Source: Eledone cirrhosa (taxonomy: Eukaryota). Taken from it: a stretch of DNA of 64,000 nucleotides. The stretch is from assembly GCA_964016885.1 (NCBI GenBank), contig OZ024749.1:11036001-11100000 (forward strand). The letters are read 5' to 3'. This document shows, one piece after another, positions 41,178-54,490 of the stretch. The translations under genes were made by a program, and so were the position numbers. The notes under the pieces are model-generated. The model ran no database searches and had not been told where the DNA came from. It saw only the letters and a program-made list of their open reading frames with translations. Each line of letters begins with the position of its first letter. Position 1 is the stretch's first letter.

Positions 41178-41861
41178 AAAGGTTGCTATTGAAAATCCAG
41201 TATAGGCACCCAGGATTGCTAGCATTTTCAGGCCATTCTGGGAACTGCGAATAACACCATGCATATATATGTTCCCACACTCTAGTGTGTATTCAGAGAG
41301 ACGGGAGGCCTGCATCTTACCTACATACATTCCCATGCTCTACCAAGTACATATCATCTTGACACCAACACTAGGGAATTTGATGTCTTTGATGCAGCTG
41401 AGAATCCTCATAGCCCTTTGCCAGCTTTTCTATGACTGGTTGCCGTTCCTATTACCAACCATTTTAGCCCTTTATCATTCAAACCGGCTGTATCCGGCCA
41501 GAATTTTCTCACCTCTTTTTCTTCAAACTGGCCATAACTGGCCACTCATACTGGTATTATTCTTAAAATAAATAATATCAAATTCTCATAGATTTGATAT
41601 GCTAAAGGGTTAAATGGTGTTCTGGGAGCATTATTCATATAGACCCCCAACACTAGGCCACCATCAGATGATATCAACACCTTACTGCTTATTGTGAGGC
41701 ATCTTCTTTAAGAAACTTTGTTTTTAAATCTTTTGATATCTTTCCTGATTTCAGTCATTAGACTGTGGCCATGCTGGGGCACCAACCTCTTTTACTAGTT
41801 TTAGTCATTAAACTGAGACCTTGCTGGAGCACCACCCTTTTTTTTATTAGTTTCAGTCATT

Positions 41862-43118
41862 AGCTATAACAGAGGAGTTTAAGACCGGATGCCCATGGGA
41901 ACTTCTGTACGCGGATGATCTTACATTTATAGTTGAATCTATGGTGGAACTAAAGAAGAAATTCCAAACATGGAAGCAGGGCCTAGAAAGAAGGAGTCTC
42001 AAAGTCAACCTGACAAAGACTAAGGTCCTCGTAAGTAGACAAGAAAACAGAACCCAGATCCACTCAGGGAAATGGCCTTGCTCAGTATGTGGGAAAGGTG
42101 TAGGTAGGAATTCCATCCTCTGCCCCAAATGGAAACTATGGGTACACAAGAGATGTAGTGGGATCTCAGGAAGTTTAGCTAAGAATGTAGGCTTTACATG
42201 TAGTAGTTGCACAGGGACAGTAAGCAGCAAGTGGCCACACAAAACAAACACTACCAAACTCTGGCAGATCTGTAGAAACAGGAGATAGCTTCTGCTACCT
42301 AGGTGACCGAATTAGTAACAGAGGTGGGTGTTCGGAAAGTACAATAACTAAGGTAAGAACGGGATGGAAGAAGTTCAGGGAACTACTGCCACTGCTAGCT
42401 GTAAAAGGTTTTTACCTCAAAATGAAAGGCAGACTGTATGATGCGTGCATACGAACAGCAATGTTACATGGTAGTGAGACCTGGGCGCTGTGTGTAGAAG
42501 ACTTGCATAGATTAGAAATGAACGAAGCTTGCATGCTGCGTAATAGTAATATACGGAAACGGCAAAGCATATACAAAGTGAGAGAGAGACTGAGCATAAG
42601 AGGAATCAAATGATGTGTACAGGAGAGGAGGTTGCATTGGTATGGACATGTGTTGCGTATGAAGGATGACAGCTGCATAAAAAGATGCAGAGCACTAAAA
42701 GTCGATGGAAACTTTGGAGTGGGGAGACCCAAGAAGACCTGGGATGAGGTGATAAAAGCCAACCTTACCCAATTACACCTCTCAAAGGTGATGACACAGT
42801 ACCAAGACCTCTGGCATTACACAGTAATACAGAAGACCCGACTTCCCATTAGTACAAGCCGAAGCTGAAGCATATAGACAATATGCTTCAATCCCCTCCC
42901 ACTGCAAAGTGGTTGTGGAGGTGTCATGACAGAAAGCACCCAGCACTCACTGTAAATGAGGTTGGTGTTAGGAAGGGCATCCAACTGTAGAAATCAAGCC
43001 AGAATCAGTTCCCATATGAGCAAGACATGGTCACCAGAGCGGGCACTGCCCACAACAGGACAACCCATCTAACCCATGCTAGCGTGGAAGAATGGACGTA
43101 AAACAGTGATGATGATGG
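41862..43118 (+). mobile_element. 5'-truncated RTE LINE with 3' UTR
   Basis: AITEEFKTGCPWELLYADD through GRPKKTW; closely related to the 31-34 kb copy. Confidence 0.88.
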
Positions 43119-43119
43119 G

Positions 43120-43630
43120 CACCACACTCTTTTACTAGTTTCAGTCATTAGACTGAGGCCATGCTGGGGTAACACCACTCTTTTACTGGTTTCCGTCATT
43201 GGACTGTGGCCATGCTGGGGCACAGCCATTGGACTGTGGCCATGCTGAGGCACAGTCATTGGACTGTGGCCATGCTGGGGCACAGCCATTAAACTGTGGT
43301 CATGCTGGGGTCACCTTGAAAACATTTAGTCAATAATATTAAGCCCAGTATCTATATGTTTCATATTTGAAAATTATTTGATTGATCCTGTTTTGTCAAA
43401 CTGCTAAGTCACGGGACATAAACAGATAGTAAATGTAAAAACAGGCACACACACACTCATGCACACACATACACATATACATGCACAAACACTCACACAT
43501 ACCTACACACTCACATACACTCACTAACAAACACACACACATTCACACATGTTTCCACATTGTTTCTATCTACAAATTTCCACTCACTAAACATTGATAA
43601 ACTGGAAGTTATAGTAAACTCACAAGGTCT
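43120..43630 (-). mobile_element. Third SINE-like family with tandemly duplicated tail
   Basis: ttttactagtttcagtcattagactgtggccatgctggggcacc motif recurs at 41750-41860, 50820-51130 and 27240-27290. Confidence 0.6.
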
Positions 43631-43639
43631 AACCGTGAA

Positions 43640-43670
<31 letters not shown>

Positions 43671-46634
43671 CTTCTTCTTCTTCTTCTTCTTCTTTTTTAA
43701 AGGGCCATGGAGGTAGTGTCCCCAAAAGTATTCTCTCCAGTGGGTCCTGTCAGAAGCAACTTTCTCCAATTGATCCTGCTGGACTCCCAAGCAAGACCAG
43801 CCAAGCTCGTGGATGTTGTCCAAATTTTTTTGCCCAGGGTCTACCTTTGGGTCTCCTATTGGTTGCTTTTGCCCATAAAAACTGTCCAACAATGTTAGTT
43901 CCACCACAGCATCCCTTCATCTAATGCCCCTCTGTGACATTCAGCATTCTCAAATCTGCTGTTACCTACCACTTCTGCCCAGATCTTTCTCAGTTCGCCC
44001 TCCTTGGCACTTTTTCACTCAATGGTCATCATCCAGACATGTGTCCATGCCAGTGCAATCTTCTCTGCATTTCATTCTTTTCATGCCCAATTTTCTTCTC
44101 AATGCACCTGTGTTATCATTCCTCCCTTTTGATACTAAACTACCTGAAACCACTCCTATCTCTGCAATACAAAGCTGTTTGTTTTAACCCTTTAATGTTC
44201 AAACCGGCCAAAACCGGACAGAATTCTCTACCTCTTTCTGTTGAAACTGGCTGTAACTACTGGTCACTCAAACTGATGTTAAGGTATTGTTCTCAAAATA
44301 AATACTTTCAAAATCTCATAGATTCGATATTATGTGAGATAAAGCATTTACCATGAAAATATAATGGTATATATAGAGTAATGTGAATGTTATGTGAGAT
44401 ATTATGTGAGGTAAAGCCTTTACCATTAAAATATAATAGTATATATAAAATAATGTGAATGCTAAAGGGTTAAAGTGTTTATATTTGTCTAAAAATCTTC
44501 CATCGTAATTTTATTTAAGAACTCATGCACACACATACACATACATACACACATATACATGCACAAACACTCACACATTCCTACACTCAAATACTCACAC
44601 ACACCTACACACACACATATACATGCACAAACACTCACACATACCTACACACACACACACACTCACAAACAAACACACACACACATTCACACATGTTTCC
44701 ACATTGTTTTTATCTACAAATTTCCACTTAAGTTATGATCCAAATATCAGATAACAAATAATGGGAAAATTAGTTATATTAATAAATCTCTTGATTATTT
44801 TCAAAATTATTTGAAAATCATAGACAATGTCTTTCATTATAAATATGGAAAGGAAGGGGTAATGACATAGACAATGTCTTTCATTATAAATATGGAAAGG
44901 AAGGGGTAATGACATAGACAATGTCTTTCATTATAAATATGATAATGAAAGGGTTAAATAATTATAGAACATCATCACCACTATCACTACCATAATAATT
45001 GTTTCTACTTTTGGCACAAGGCCAGCAATTACCCAGTGCATTACTGGTACTTTATTTTATCGACCCCGTAAGGATGAAAGGCAAAGTTAACCTCGGCGGA
45101 ATTTGAACTCAGAATGGCTAGGGCCATAACTCAATGCGTCAAAGCATGGCGCCCGACCCTCTACTGATACTGCCAATCCACCGCCTTAAATAATAATAAT
45201 AATAATTGTTTCTACTTTAGGCACAAGGCCAGCAATTACCCAGTGCATTACTGGTACTTTATTTTAATAATAATAATAATAATCATAATAATAATACCAT
45301 AATAATTGTTTCTACTTTAGGCACAAGGCCAGCAAATACCGAGTTCGTTACTGGTACTTTATTTTATCGACCCGGTAAGGATGAAAGGCAAAGTCAACCT
45401 CGGCGGGATTTGAACTCAGACTGTAAAGGGACATAATACCATAATAATAATAATAATTGTTTCTACGTTAGGCACAAGGCCAGCAATTATCCAGTGCATT
45501 ACTGGTACTTTATTTTATCGACCCCGTAAGGATGAAAGGCAAAGTCAACCTCGGCGGGATTTGAACTCAGATCGTAAAGGGACGTAACTATGCTGGAAAG
45601 CATGGCGTCCGACCCTCTACCGATACTGCCAGTCCACCGCCCTCATAATAATAATAATAATAATCAACAATAACAACACCACTAACAAAATAATAATGAT
45701 AATGGTACTCTAAAAAAAGAAACGTCTTGATATTACTACTCAAGTGAAATCCTTAAGAATGGAAACAGGAAAATATTTAGTTAATGGAAAGGAAATTAGA
45801 TATCTATGTATTGTGTAAGTCTATGTTGGATTGTTGGATAGAAGAGACTTGATGGGAGGAAACTTCTTATGTTCCGATACTGGCATTGGCTTTACAGAAG
45901 CTATGCAAGGCATAATTTAGAGTTGAGAGCAGAAATCAATTTCACTATAATCTGATTATTTATTGATTTGTGTATTGATATATGTTGATCAATAGCTTGG
46001 AACATAAATAGGCTGAATGCAAACCAACTGTTTAGAGGTATTTGACAAAATAGCACAAATAATTTGAGAAAATAATAATTGATATGCCAAGTATTCCTTT
46101 TTACCTTTTAACCTTCTAACATGAAAACAAAATAGATAAAAAATAAACTTTAAAAAAATATATTTTCATTTTTCTTTCTATAATTTATGTACAATGTAAC
46201 CTTCCACAAACTAATCCTACAGATTCTTTATTTAATTATCTGATGAAAACATTTTTCCTATTATCATATTTTATTATCTTACAATAATATTCTGACAGAT
46301 AACATTATAAGTTTAGGGTTTCAGTTTTCTTTTCTTTTTCTTTTTTTTACAAAACATCTAAATTTTAAACTAATTTCTCGTTTTTATCATCATCATTATC
46401 TTCATCATTTTACGTCGGGTTTTTTTGCTTTTTCTTTGTTTTGTTTTTTGCTTTTTTTTCTCTATGCTGCCATGATTTGGAATTGGGTTATTTTTCACTT
46501 GGAAATTACTCCTTCAATTTCAAAGTCAGTTTGAAAAAGGAATTATGAGAGAGTTAGTTATGTCTTTAATATTTATAAAAATTATTAAATCAAAAGTGAA
46601 GCACTTAATCCTTTTGATATCAAACCACTTAAAA

Positions 46635-48503
46635 CCTCCTCCTTATCCTATGATACCAAACTTCCTCCTTGTCCTATGATACCAAACCTCCTCCTGGTCC
46701 TATGATACCAAACCTCCTCCTTGTCCTATGATACCAAACCTCCTCCTGGTCCTATGATACCAAACCTCCTCCTTGTCCTATGATACCAAACCTCCTCCTT
46801 GTCCTATGATACCAAACCTCCTCCTTGTCCTATGATACCAAACCTCCTCCTTGTCCTATGATACCAAACCTCCTCCTTGTCCTATGATACCAAACCTCTC
46901 CTTGTCCTATGATACCAAACCTCCTCCTTGTCCTATGATACCAAACCTCCTCCTTGTCCTATACCAAATCTCCTCCTTGTCCTGTGATACCAAACCTCCT
47001 CCTTGTCCTATGATACCAAACCTCCTCCTTGTCCTATGATACAAAACCTCCTCCTTGTCCTATGATACCAAACCTCCTCCTTGTCCTATGATACAAAACC
47101 TCCTCCTTGTCCTATACCAAACCTCCTCCTTGTCCTATGATACCAAACCTCCTCCTTGTCCTATGATACAAAACCTCTTCCTTGTCCTATGATACAAAAC
47201 CTCCTCCTTATCCTATGATACCAAACCTCCTCCTTGTCCTATACCAAACCTCCTCCTTGTCCTATGATACCAAACCTCCTCCTTGTCCTATACCAAATCT
47301 CCTCCTTGTCCTATACCAAATCTCCTCCTTGTCCTATGATACCAAACCTCCTCCTTGTCCTATGATACCAAACCTCCTCCTTGTCCTATGATACCAAACC
47401 TCCTCTTTGTCCTATGATACAAAACCTCCTCCTTGTCCTATGATACCAAACCTCCTCCTTGTCCTATGATACCAAACTTCTTCCTTGTCCTATGATACAA
47501 AACCTCCTCCTTATCCTATGATACCAAACCTCCTCCTTGTCCTATACCAAACCTCCTCCTTGTCCTATGATACCAAACCTCCTCCTTGTCCTATGATACC
47601 AAACCTCTTCCTTGTCCTATGATACAAAACCTCCTTATCCTATGATACCAAACCTCCTCCTTGTCCTATACCAAACCTCCTCCTTGTTCTATGATACCAA
47701 ACCTTCTCCTTGTCCTATGATACCAAACCTCCTCCTTGTCCTATGATACCAAACCTCTTCCTTGTCCTATGATACCAAACCTCCTCCTTGTCCTATGATA
47801 CCAAACCTACTCCTTGTCCTATGATACCAAACCTACTCCTGGTCCTATGATACAAAACCTCCTTGTCCTATGATACAAAACCTCCTCCTTGTCCTATGAT
47901 ACCAAAGCTCCTCCTTGTCCTATACCAAACCTCCTCCTTGTCCTATGATACCAAACCTCCTCCTTGTCCTATGATACCAAACCTCCTCCTTATCCTATGA
48001 TACAAAACCTCCTACTTGTCCTATGATACCAAACCTCCTCCTTGTCCTATGATACCAAACCTCCTCCTTGTCCTATGATACAAAACCTCCTCCTTGTCCT
48101 ATGATACCAAACCTCCTCCTTGTCCTATGATACAAAACCTCCTACTTGTCCTATGATACCAAACCTCCTCCTTGTCCTATGATACCAAACCTCCTCCTTG
48201 TCCTATGATACCAAACCTCCTCCTTGTCCTATACCAAACCTCCTCCTTGTCCTATGATACAAAACCTCCTCCTTGTCCTATGATACCAAACCTCCTTGTC
48301 CTATGATACCAAACCTCCTTGTCCTATGATACCAAATCTCCTCCTTGTCCTATGATACAAAACCTCCTCGTCCTATGATACAAAACCTCCCCCTTGTCCT
48401 ATGATACCAAAGCTCCTCCTTGTCCTATACCAAACCTACTCCTTGTCCTATGATACCAAACCTCCTCCTTGTCCTATACCAAACCTCCTCCTTGTCCTAT
48501 GAT
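46635..48503. repeat. 26-bp minisatellite, roughly 70 copies
   Basis: Unit ccttgtcctatgataccaaacctcct, with 23-bp deletion variants. Confidence 0.97.
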
Positions 48504-48674
48504 GCAATATTACTTCTTTTAAAGTGTTTGTTTGTATTAATTTAAAAACCTTCCATCATATTTGTGTATAAGAACCTTCATTAAGTTATGTTACAAACAC
48601 TTAACTTAAAAACAAAAAGGTTATATTACTAAATCTTTCTAAATTGTTGATTATTTTCAAAATTATTTGAAAGT

Positions 48675-50120
48675 CATAGACAGTGTCTTTCATTAGATAT
48701 ACGGTAATGAAATGGTTAAAGACATAGACAGTGTTCTTCATTAGAAATATGGTAATGAAAGGGTTAATGACATAGACAGTGTCTTTCATTAGAAATATGG
48801 TAATGAAATGGTTAATGACATAGACAGTGTCTTTCATTAGAAATATGGTAATGAAAGGGTTAATGACATAGACAGTGTCTTTCAATAGAAATATGGTAAT
48901 GAAATGGTTAATGTCATAAACAGTGTCTTTCATTAGAAATATGTTAAAGAAAGGATTAATGACATAGGTAGTGTCTTTCATTAGAAATATGTTAAAGAAA
49001 GGATTAATGACATAGGCAGTGTCTTTCATTAGAAATATGTTAAAGAAAGGATTAATGACATAGACAGTGTCCTTCATTAGATATACGGTAATGAAAGTGT
49101 TAATGACATAGACAGTGTCTTTCATTAGATATACGGTAATGAAAGTGTTAATGACATAGACAGTGTCTTTCATTAGAAATATGTAAGGGTTAACGACACA
49201 GGCAGTGTCTTTCATTAGAAATATGTTAAAGAAAGGATTAATGACATAGGTAGTGTCTTGGAAATATGAAAGGGTCAATGGCATAGACAGTGTCTTTCAT
49301 TAGAAATATGGTAATGAAAGGGTTAACGACACAGGCAGTGTCTTTCATTAGAAATATGGTGACGAAAGGGTTAATGACATAGGCAGTGTCTTTCATTAGA
49401 TATACGGTAATGAAATGGTTAAAGACATAGACAGTGTTCTTCATTAGAAATATGGTAATGAAAGGGTTAATGACATAGACAGTGTCTTTCATTAGAAATA
49501 TGGTAATGAAATGGTTAATGACATAGACAGTGTCTTTCATTAGAAATATGGTAATGAAAGGGTTAATGACATAGACAGTGTCTTTCAATAGAAATATGGT
49601 AATGAAATGGTTAATGTCATAGACAGTGTCTTTCATTAGAAATATGTTAAAGAAAGGATTAATGACATAGGTAGTGTCTTTCATTAGAAATATGTTAAAG
49701 AAAGGATTAATGACATAGGCAGTGTCTTTCATTAGAAATATGTTAAAGAAAGGATTAATGACATAGACAGTGTCCTTCATTAGATATACAGTAATGAAAG
49801 TGTTAATGACATAGACAGTGTCTTTCATTAGATATACGGTAATGAAAGTGTTAATGACATAGACAGTGTCTTTCATTAGAAATATGTAAGGGTTAACGAC
49901 ACAGGCAGTGTCTTTCATTAGAAATATGTTAAAGAAAGGATTAATGACATAGGTAGTGTCTTGGAAATATGAAAGGGTCAATGGCATAGACAGTGTCTTT
50001 CATTAGAAATATGGTAATGAAAGGGTTAACGACACAGGCAGTGTCTTTCATTAGAAATATGGTAATGAAAATATTAAAGACATAGACAGTGTCTTTCATT
50101 AGAAATATGGAAAGGTTAAT
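48675..50120. repeat. 48-bp minisatellite with about 703-bp higher-order duplication
   Basis: Unit gacatagacagtgtctttcattagaaatatggtaatgaaagggttaat; identical antisense ORF starts at 49284 and 49987. Confidence 0.95.
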
Positions 50121-51341
50121 GCATTGATTAGCAAAAATGACTTCTCTTCAAAGAAGCATTTTATTAATTAGAGGAAAATTGTACATTTTTGGTTGGTTTT
50201 AATTTCTCTTGAACTCTTATAGAATTGTGTAAGCTAGTACACACACAACAACAAACATTTTAAGTTATTGTTGCTTTTTTGGCCTGTTTTACAGCCAAAT
50301 GCCCTTTCAGGCACCAAAACTCTTTTAGTTGCCTCTTATAAAACATAATATGCCTATTCTAAACAGGATATACACAGTAAATCTTTACTGCCAAGAATAG
50401 GGATTTGGCTGTAAAACATTACCTAAAAAAAAAAAAGAAAAGAATGCCTCCAGAAATGTTAGAGCAAAGATATGAAATTTACCATAGAGGGCTCTCAATC
50501 ATCAGCTACAAATGAAAGAGGCTATTCTCATAACTAAGGGACCTCTTATTAACAGCAGAATGAATTACATGAAGCCAGCTGGTTATTGTGACTATTTAAT
50601 CTGAGCATGTCACTACCCAACTCCAACTCAATATTTGCACATCACTATCACACTTTATTTCCTTCTTTGGATAAAGTATTTCTAATTCAAAAATATCATG
50701 AAATATAAGGTAAAAGAGGAAACTGTTGTTTGTCTTAATTTACTCTTCATTCCTGTATTTCTGGCTTTCCCAAAACAATCTTAACCACATATTTCATAAA
50801 GCTTCATGTAAACTAAACTCTTTTACTAGTTTCATCAGTCATTAGACTGTGACCATGCTGGAGCACCACATTAAAGGGATTCAGTCAATCAAACAGTACT
50901 TATTTTATCAATCTCTTTTTGTTGAACTGCTAAATTATGGGATGTAAAAAGACACAATCACCAACACACACACATATATATTTATCACACATGACGAGCT
51001 TCTGCCATTTCATCTACCAAATTTCAGTGACAAAGTTATAGTAGCAGGCACTTGCTCAAGGTGCCATATAGTGAAAGTGAACTCCAAACCACATGGTTGT
51101 GAAACAAACACTTTAACAACACAGTCATGGCCTACCTAATTCCACACATTCTTCCAAATCTCTTCCTTCATAAATTTGAGAAAAAAACCTTCATATCTTA
51201 ATATAGCTTTGAAAAGGCTTGCTACATACTAACCGCAGCTGGTTGGCATCAGGTTTATACTTGCCTTATACTCATTCCTTCCCCTGCATTGAGTACTACT
51301 CTGATTTCCCAAGTCCCAACACTGCAGACTTTCAATATATA

Positions 51342-52564
51342 CAGGGTGTAACAGGTAAATTGGAATCATTTATTATAATTGGTATAACTCGGAAAAATCA
51401 AACTGCAAATTTTATGATTATGCCAATTTATTGTGGAGTGTTTAGCACTTATTTCAGTTCAACGTGACCGCCATTTGCTTTCTTGACCAGTTCAATCCGT
51501 TTACAAAATGATGAGCATGTCTTAACTATTTCTTCCTTTTTCATTTTACTGAATACTCTCTTGATCAAAGCCTTCAGTGAAGACATACACAGTTGTGAGA
51601 AGTTGCATTGGATATTGCTTCAACTGCACCCCTTAGCCAAAAATCACACCGATTCAAATATGGCAGGCAATTCCTTCTTAAAAAATTGTTGCACTCTTTT
51701 TGAAGAATTGGCGGGTGTGTAATCTTGTATAAACATGACTTGACTTGTATCATAATGCTTCCTAATACAAGGTAACAAAACTTCTAAGATTTTGAGATAT
51801 CCTGTTGTGTTGATTTTAAGACCCGATTCAATAAAATGAGGAGCATCAATTTCCCATCACTTGTAACAGCTCGAAAGACCATAATGAAAGCTGGATTCTT
51901 GCTATGTATAGCTGAAGGGTCGTATACTATCACTCATGAGTTTTGACGGTTTGCAACTTCACCTACCACAAAGTTCTTTTCATCCACGAAGATGTGGATG
52001 TCTCCACCATGATGTTTCAGATGACTAAGAAGTTTGGGACTTCTTTCAGCTTGAATGGCTTTGGAGTGGGTAGTTAGGATGTTATGGTGTCTCATCATGT
52101 ACAATTTCATATGGAGGTCTATCCTCACAGCCCTTACAAATGGGCATTTTACAGATTCCTCGAGCATGAACCAACTTCGCCATCTTTTTTGATGGGTTTG
52201 ACTCAATCGATCTTTTAAGTCCTGCTAAGCAGCGAGGTGTGTTTTCGGTCATTGCGAGGACTGTGGGGCTTTCTCAGAATATCCTGACATTTCTTCAAAT
52301 TGGCTACAACTCTAAAAGCAGTAGATTTGGAATACTATGTGGCTGTAACAATCTCCCCAACACTTTTGCCGATGCGGAATAATTCGACAATTGCACTTCT
52401 ACAGTTTAATTCTTTATTAACATAACTATTTTTTATTTCAGATTGAACAAATTGAGTAAGTGATTATTAAAGCTGGTAATATTTAAAATTTAAACTCCAA
52501 CTAAATTTATACAATTTGAAATATAGCCATTTGAAACTTGTCCCAATTTACCTGTTACTCCCTG
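51342..52564 (-). mobile_element. Full-length decayed Tc1/mariner transposon (maT-like)
   Basis: TIRs cagggtgtaacaggtaaattgg ... ccaatttacctgttactccctg with TA at the left end; transposase remnants IFVDEKNF, NRQN, IMVFRAVTSDG, FIQD. Confidence 0.85.
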
Positions 52565-52612
52565 TTTATAAATATTCGTGTTTATCTGATTTGTTGAATA
52601 TTTTATTTGCAG

Positions 52613-52761
52613 AGGTTGGCAGACAAAGTAAGAGATTTATACGATGAAACCCTTGCTAACAAAGATAAATACCCAACACCAGATAAACTTCCATTGCTTT
52701 CTTCTGATGTCTACTTAGATTCCGATATTCCATCCAAACTTCCATCATTGAAATTCAGTCC
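52613..52761 (+). CDS. Next coding exon (149 nt, phase 0-2) of the same alpha2delta/CACHD1-like gene
   Basis: Acceptor ttttatttgcag| and donor |gtaagt. Translates RLADKVRDLYDETLANKDKYPTPDKLPLLSSDVYLDSDIPSKLPSLKFSP. The spliced KRAAN-RLADKV resembles alpha2delta RSKALVRLALEA. Not in the supplied ORF track. Confidence 0.78.
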
Positions 52762-53537
52762 GTAAGTATAAATATTTGTTTCACATTTTCAAATAAAAAA
52801 AAAAAAAGCTCATCTGTTTCACCATTCATCACACAGTCTTATCCTGTTTGATATCAAACCACGTGAAACAACCCACTGGTTCTAGGACACAGTTGTTTAT
52901 TTTAATGTGTTTATATTTATCTAAAATGCTTCCATCATAATTTTATGTGAGAACATTAATTAACACTAACTTAATAATTAAAGTTAGCTATTTTACTAAA
53001 TATTTCCAAATTCTTCAAAAAGCATAGGGAGTGTCTTTTATTAGAAATTCAATGATGAAAGGGTTAACTCTTGATACCAGATAACAAGAAACCATCGCCT
53101 GGCACTATGATACAAAGCTCTTTATTTTAAAGTGATTATATTTATCCAAAATACCTTTCGTCATAATCTTATGTAAGAACCTTTGTTAAGTCAAGTTCCA
53201 AACACTAATTCAATAACGACAAAGTTGGTAATTTAGAAGTTAATTATTAATTTAACAGCTGTTCTATAATTAGTATCAATGGACAAACAAGGAATTCAAA
53301 TTTTTGATATCCTTGCATATAGTCCAAATTAGTATTGACGATGAAAACAAACATCCAGGGTCCATCATTCACTGTGTAAGGGTTATTCTACCACATGGGT
53401 CCAGTAGACAGGATGGAGAAGACGTTGACCCAGGAGAATGGTTAGGAGTCACACTGGAACAGAAAGCTATTTTATTACATCCCTTCATAAGCAGTGTTTT
53501 TCATTGGAAATATGGTATCAAAAATTTTAACTGTTTT

Positions 53538-54490
53538 GATATCAAGCAGCATGAAGCTGCCCTTGGTACTATGATATCAAACAGCAAGAAGCTGCCCTTG
53601 GTTCTATGATATCAAACAACAAGAAGCTGCCCTTGGTTCTATGATATCAAACAACAAGAAGATGCCCTTGGTTCTATGATATCAAACAACAAGAAGCTGC
53701 TCTTGGTTCTATGATATCAAACAACAAGAAGCTGCTCTTGGTTCTATGATATCAAACAACAAGAAGCTGCCCTTGGTTCTATGATATCAAACAACAAGAA
53801 GCTGCTCTTGGTTCTATGATATCAAACAACAAGAAGCTGCCCTTGGTTCTATGATATCAAACAACAAGAAGCTGCCCTTGGTTCTATGATATCAAACAAC
53901 AAGAAGCTGCCCTTGGTTCTATGATATCAAACAACAAGAAGCTGCCCTTGGTTCTATGATATCAAACAACAAGAAGCTGCCCTTGGTTCTATGATATCAA
54001 ACAACAAGAAGCTGCCCTTGGTTCTATGATATCAAACAACAAGAAGCTGCCCTTGGTTCTATGATATCAAACAACAAGAAGCTGCCCTTGGTTCTATGAT
54101 ATCAAACAGCAAGAAGCTGCCCTTGGTTCTATGATATCAAACAACAAGAAGCTGCTCTTGGTTCTATGATATCAAACAACAAGAAGCTGCTCTTGGTTCT
54201 ATGATATCAAACAACAAGAAGTTGCCCTTGGTTCTATGATATCAAACAACAAGAAGCTGCCCTTGGTTCTATGATATCAAACAACAAGAAGCTGCCCTTG
54301 GTTCTATGATATCAAACAGCAAGAAGCTGCCCTTGGTTCTATGATATCAAACAACAAGAAGCTGCTCTTGGTTCTATGATATCAAACAACAAGAAGCTGC
54401 CCTTGGTTCTATGATTCAAACAGCAAGAAGCTGCCTTTGGTTCTATGATATCAAACAACAAGAAGCTGCCCTTGGTTCTATGATTCAAAA
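53538..54490. repeat. 35-bp minisatellite, about 27 copies
   Basis: Unit gatatcaaacaacaagaagctgcccttggttctat. Confidence 0.97.

Larger units (their letters stand above)
46605..50120 (+). mobile_element. TTAA-flanked MITE family 2 copy inflated by two satellites
   Basis: Starts ttaatccttttgatatcaaac; unique core 48505-48680; ends gaaagggttaa. Compact relatives at 52838-53068, 53064-53230, 53527-54888, 18030-18180, 21640-21950 and 3650-3850(-). Confidence 0.7.

Noticed and set aside
53304-53609. 101-aa ORF after the second exon as the next host exon
   Set aside because: The nearest acceptor gives a stop in the required phase, there is no family similarity, and it runs into a MITE satellite.
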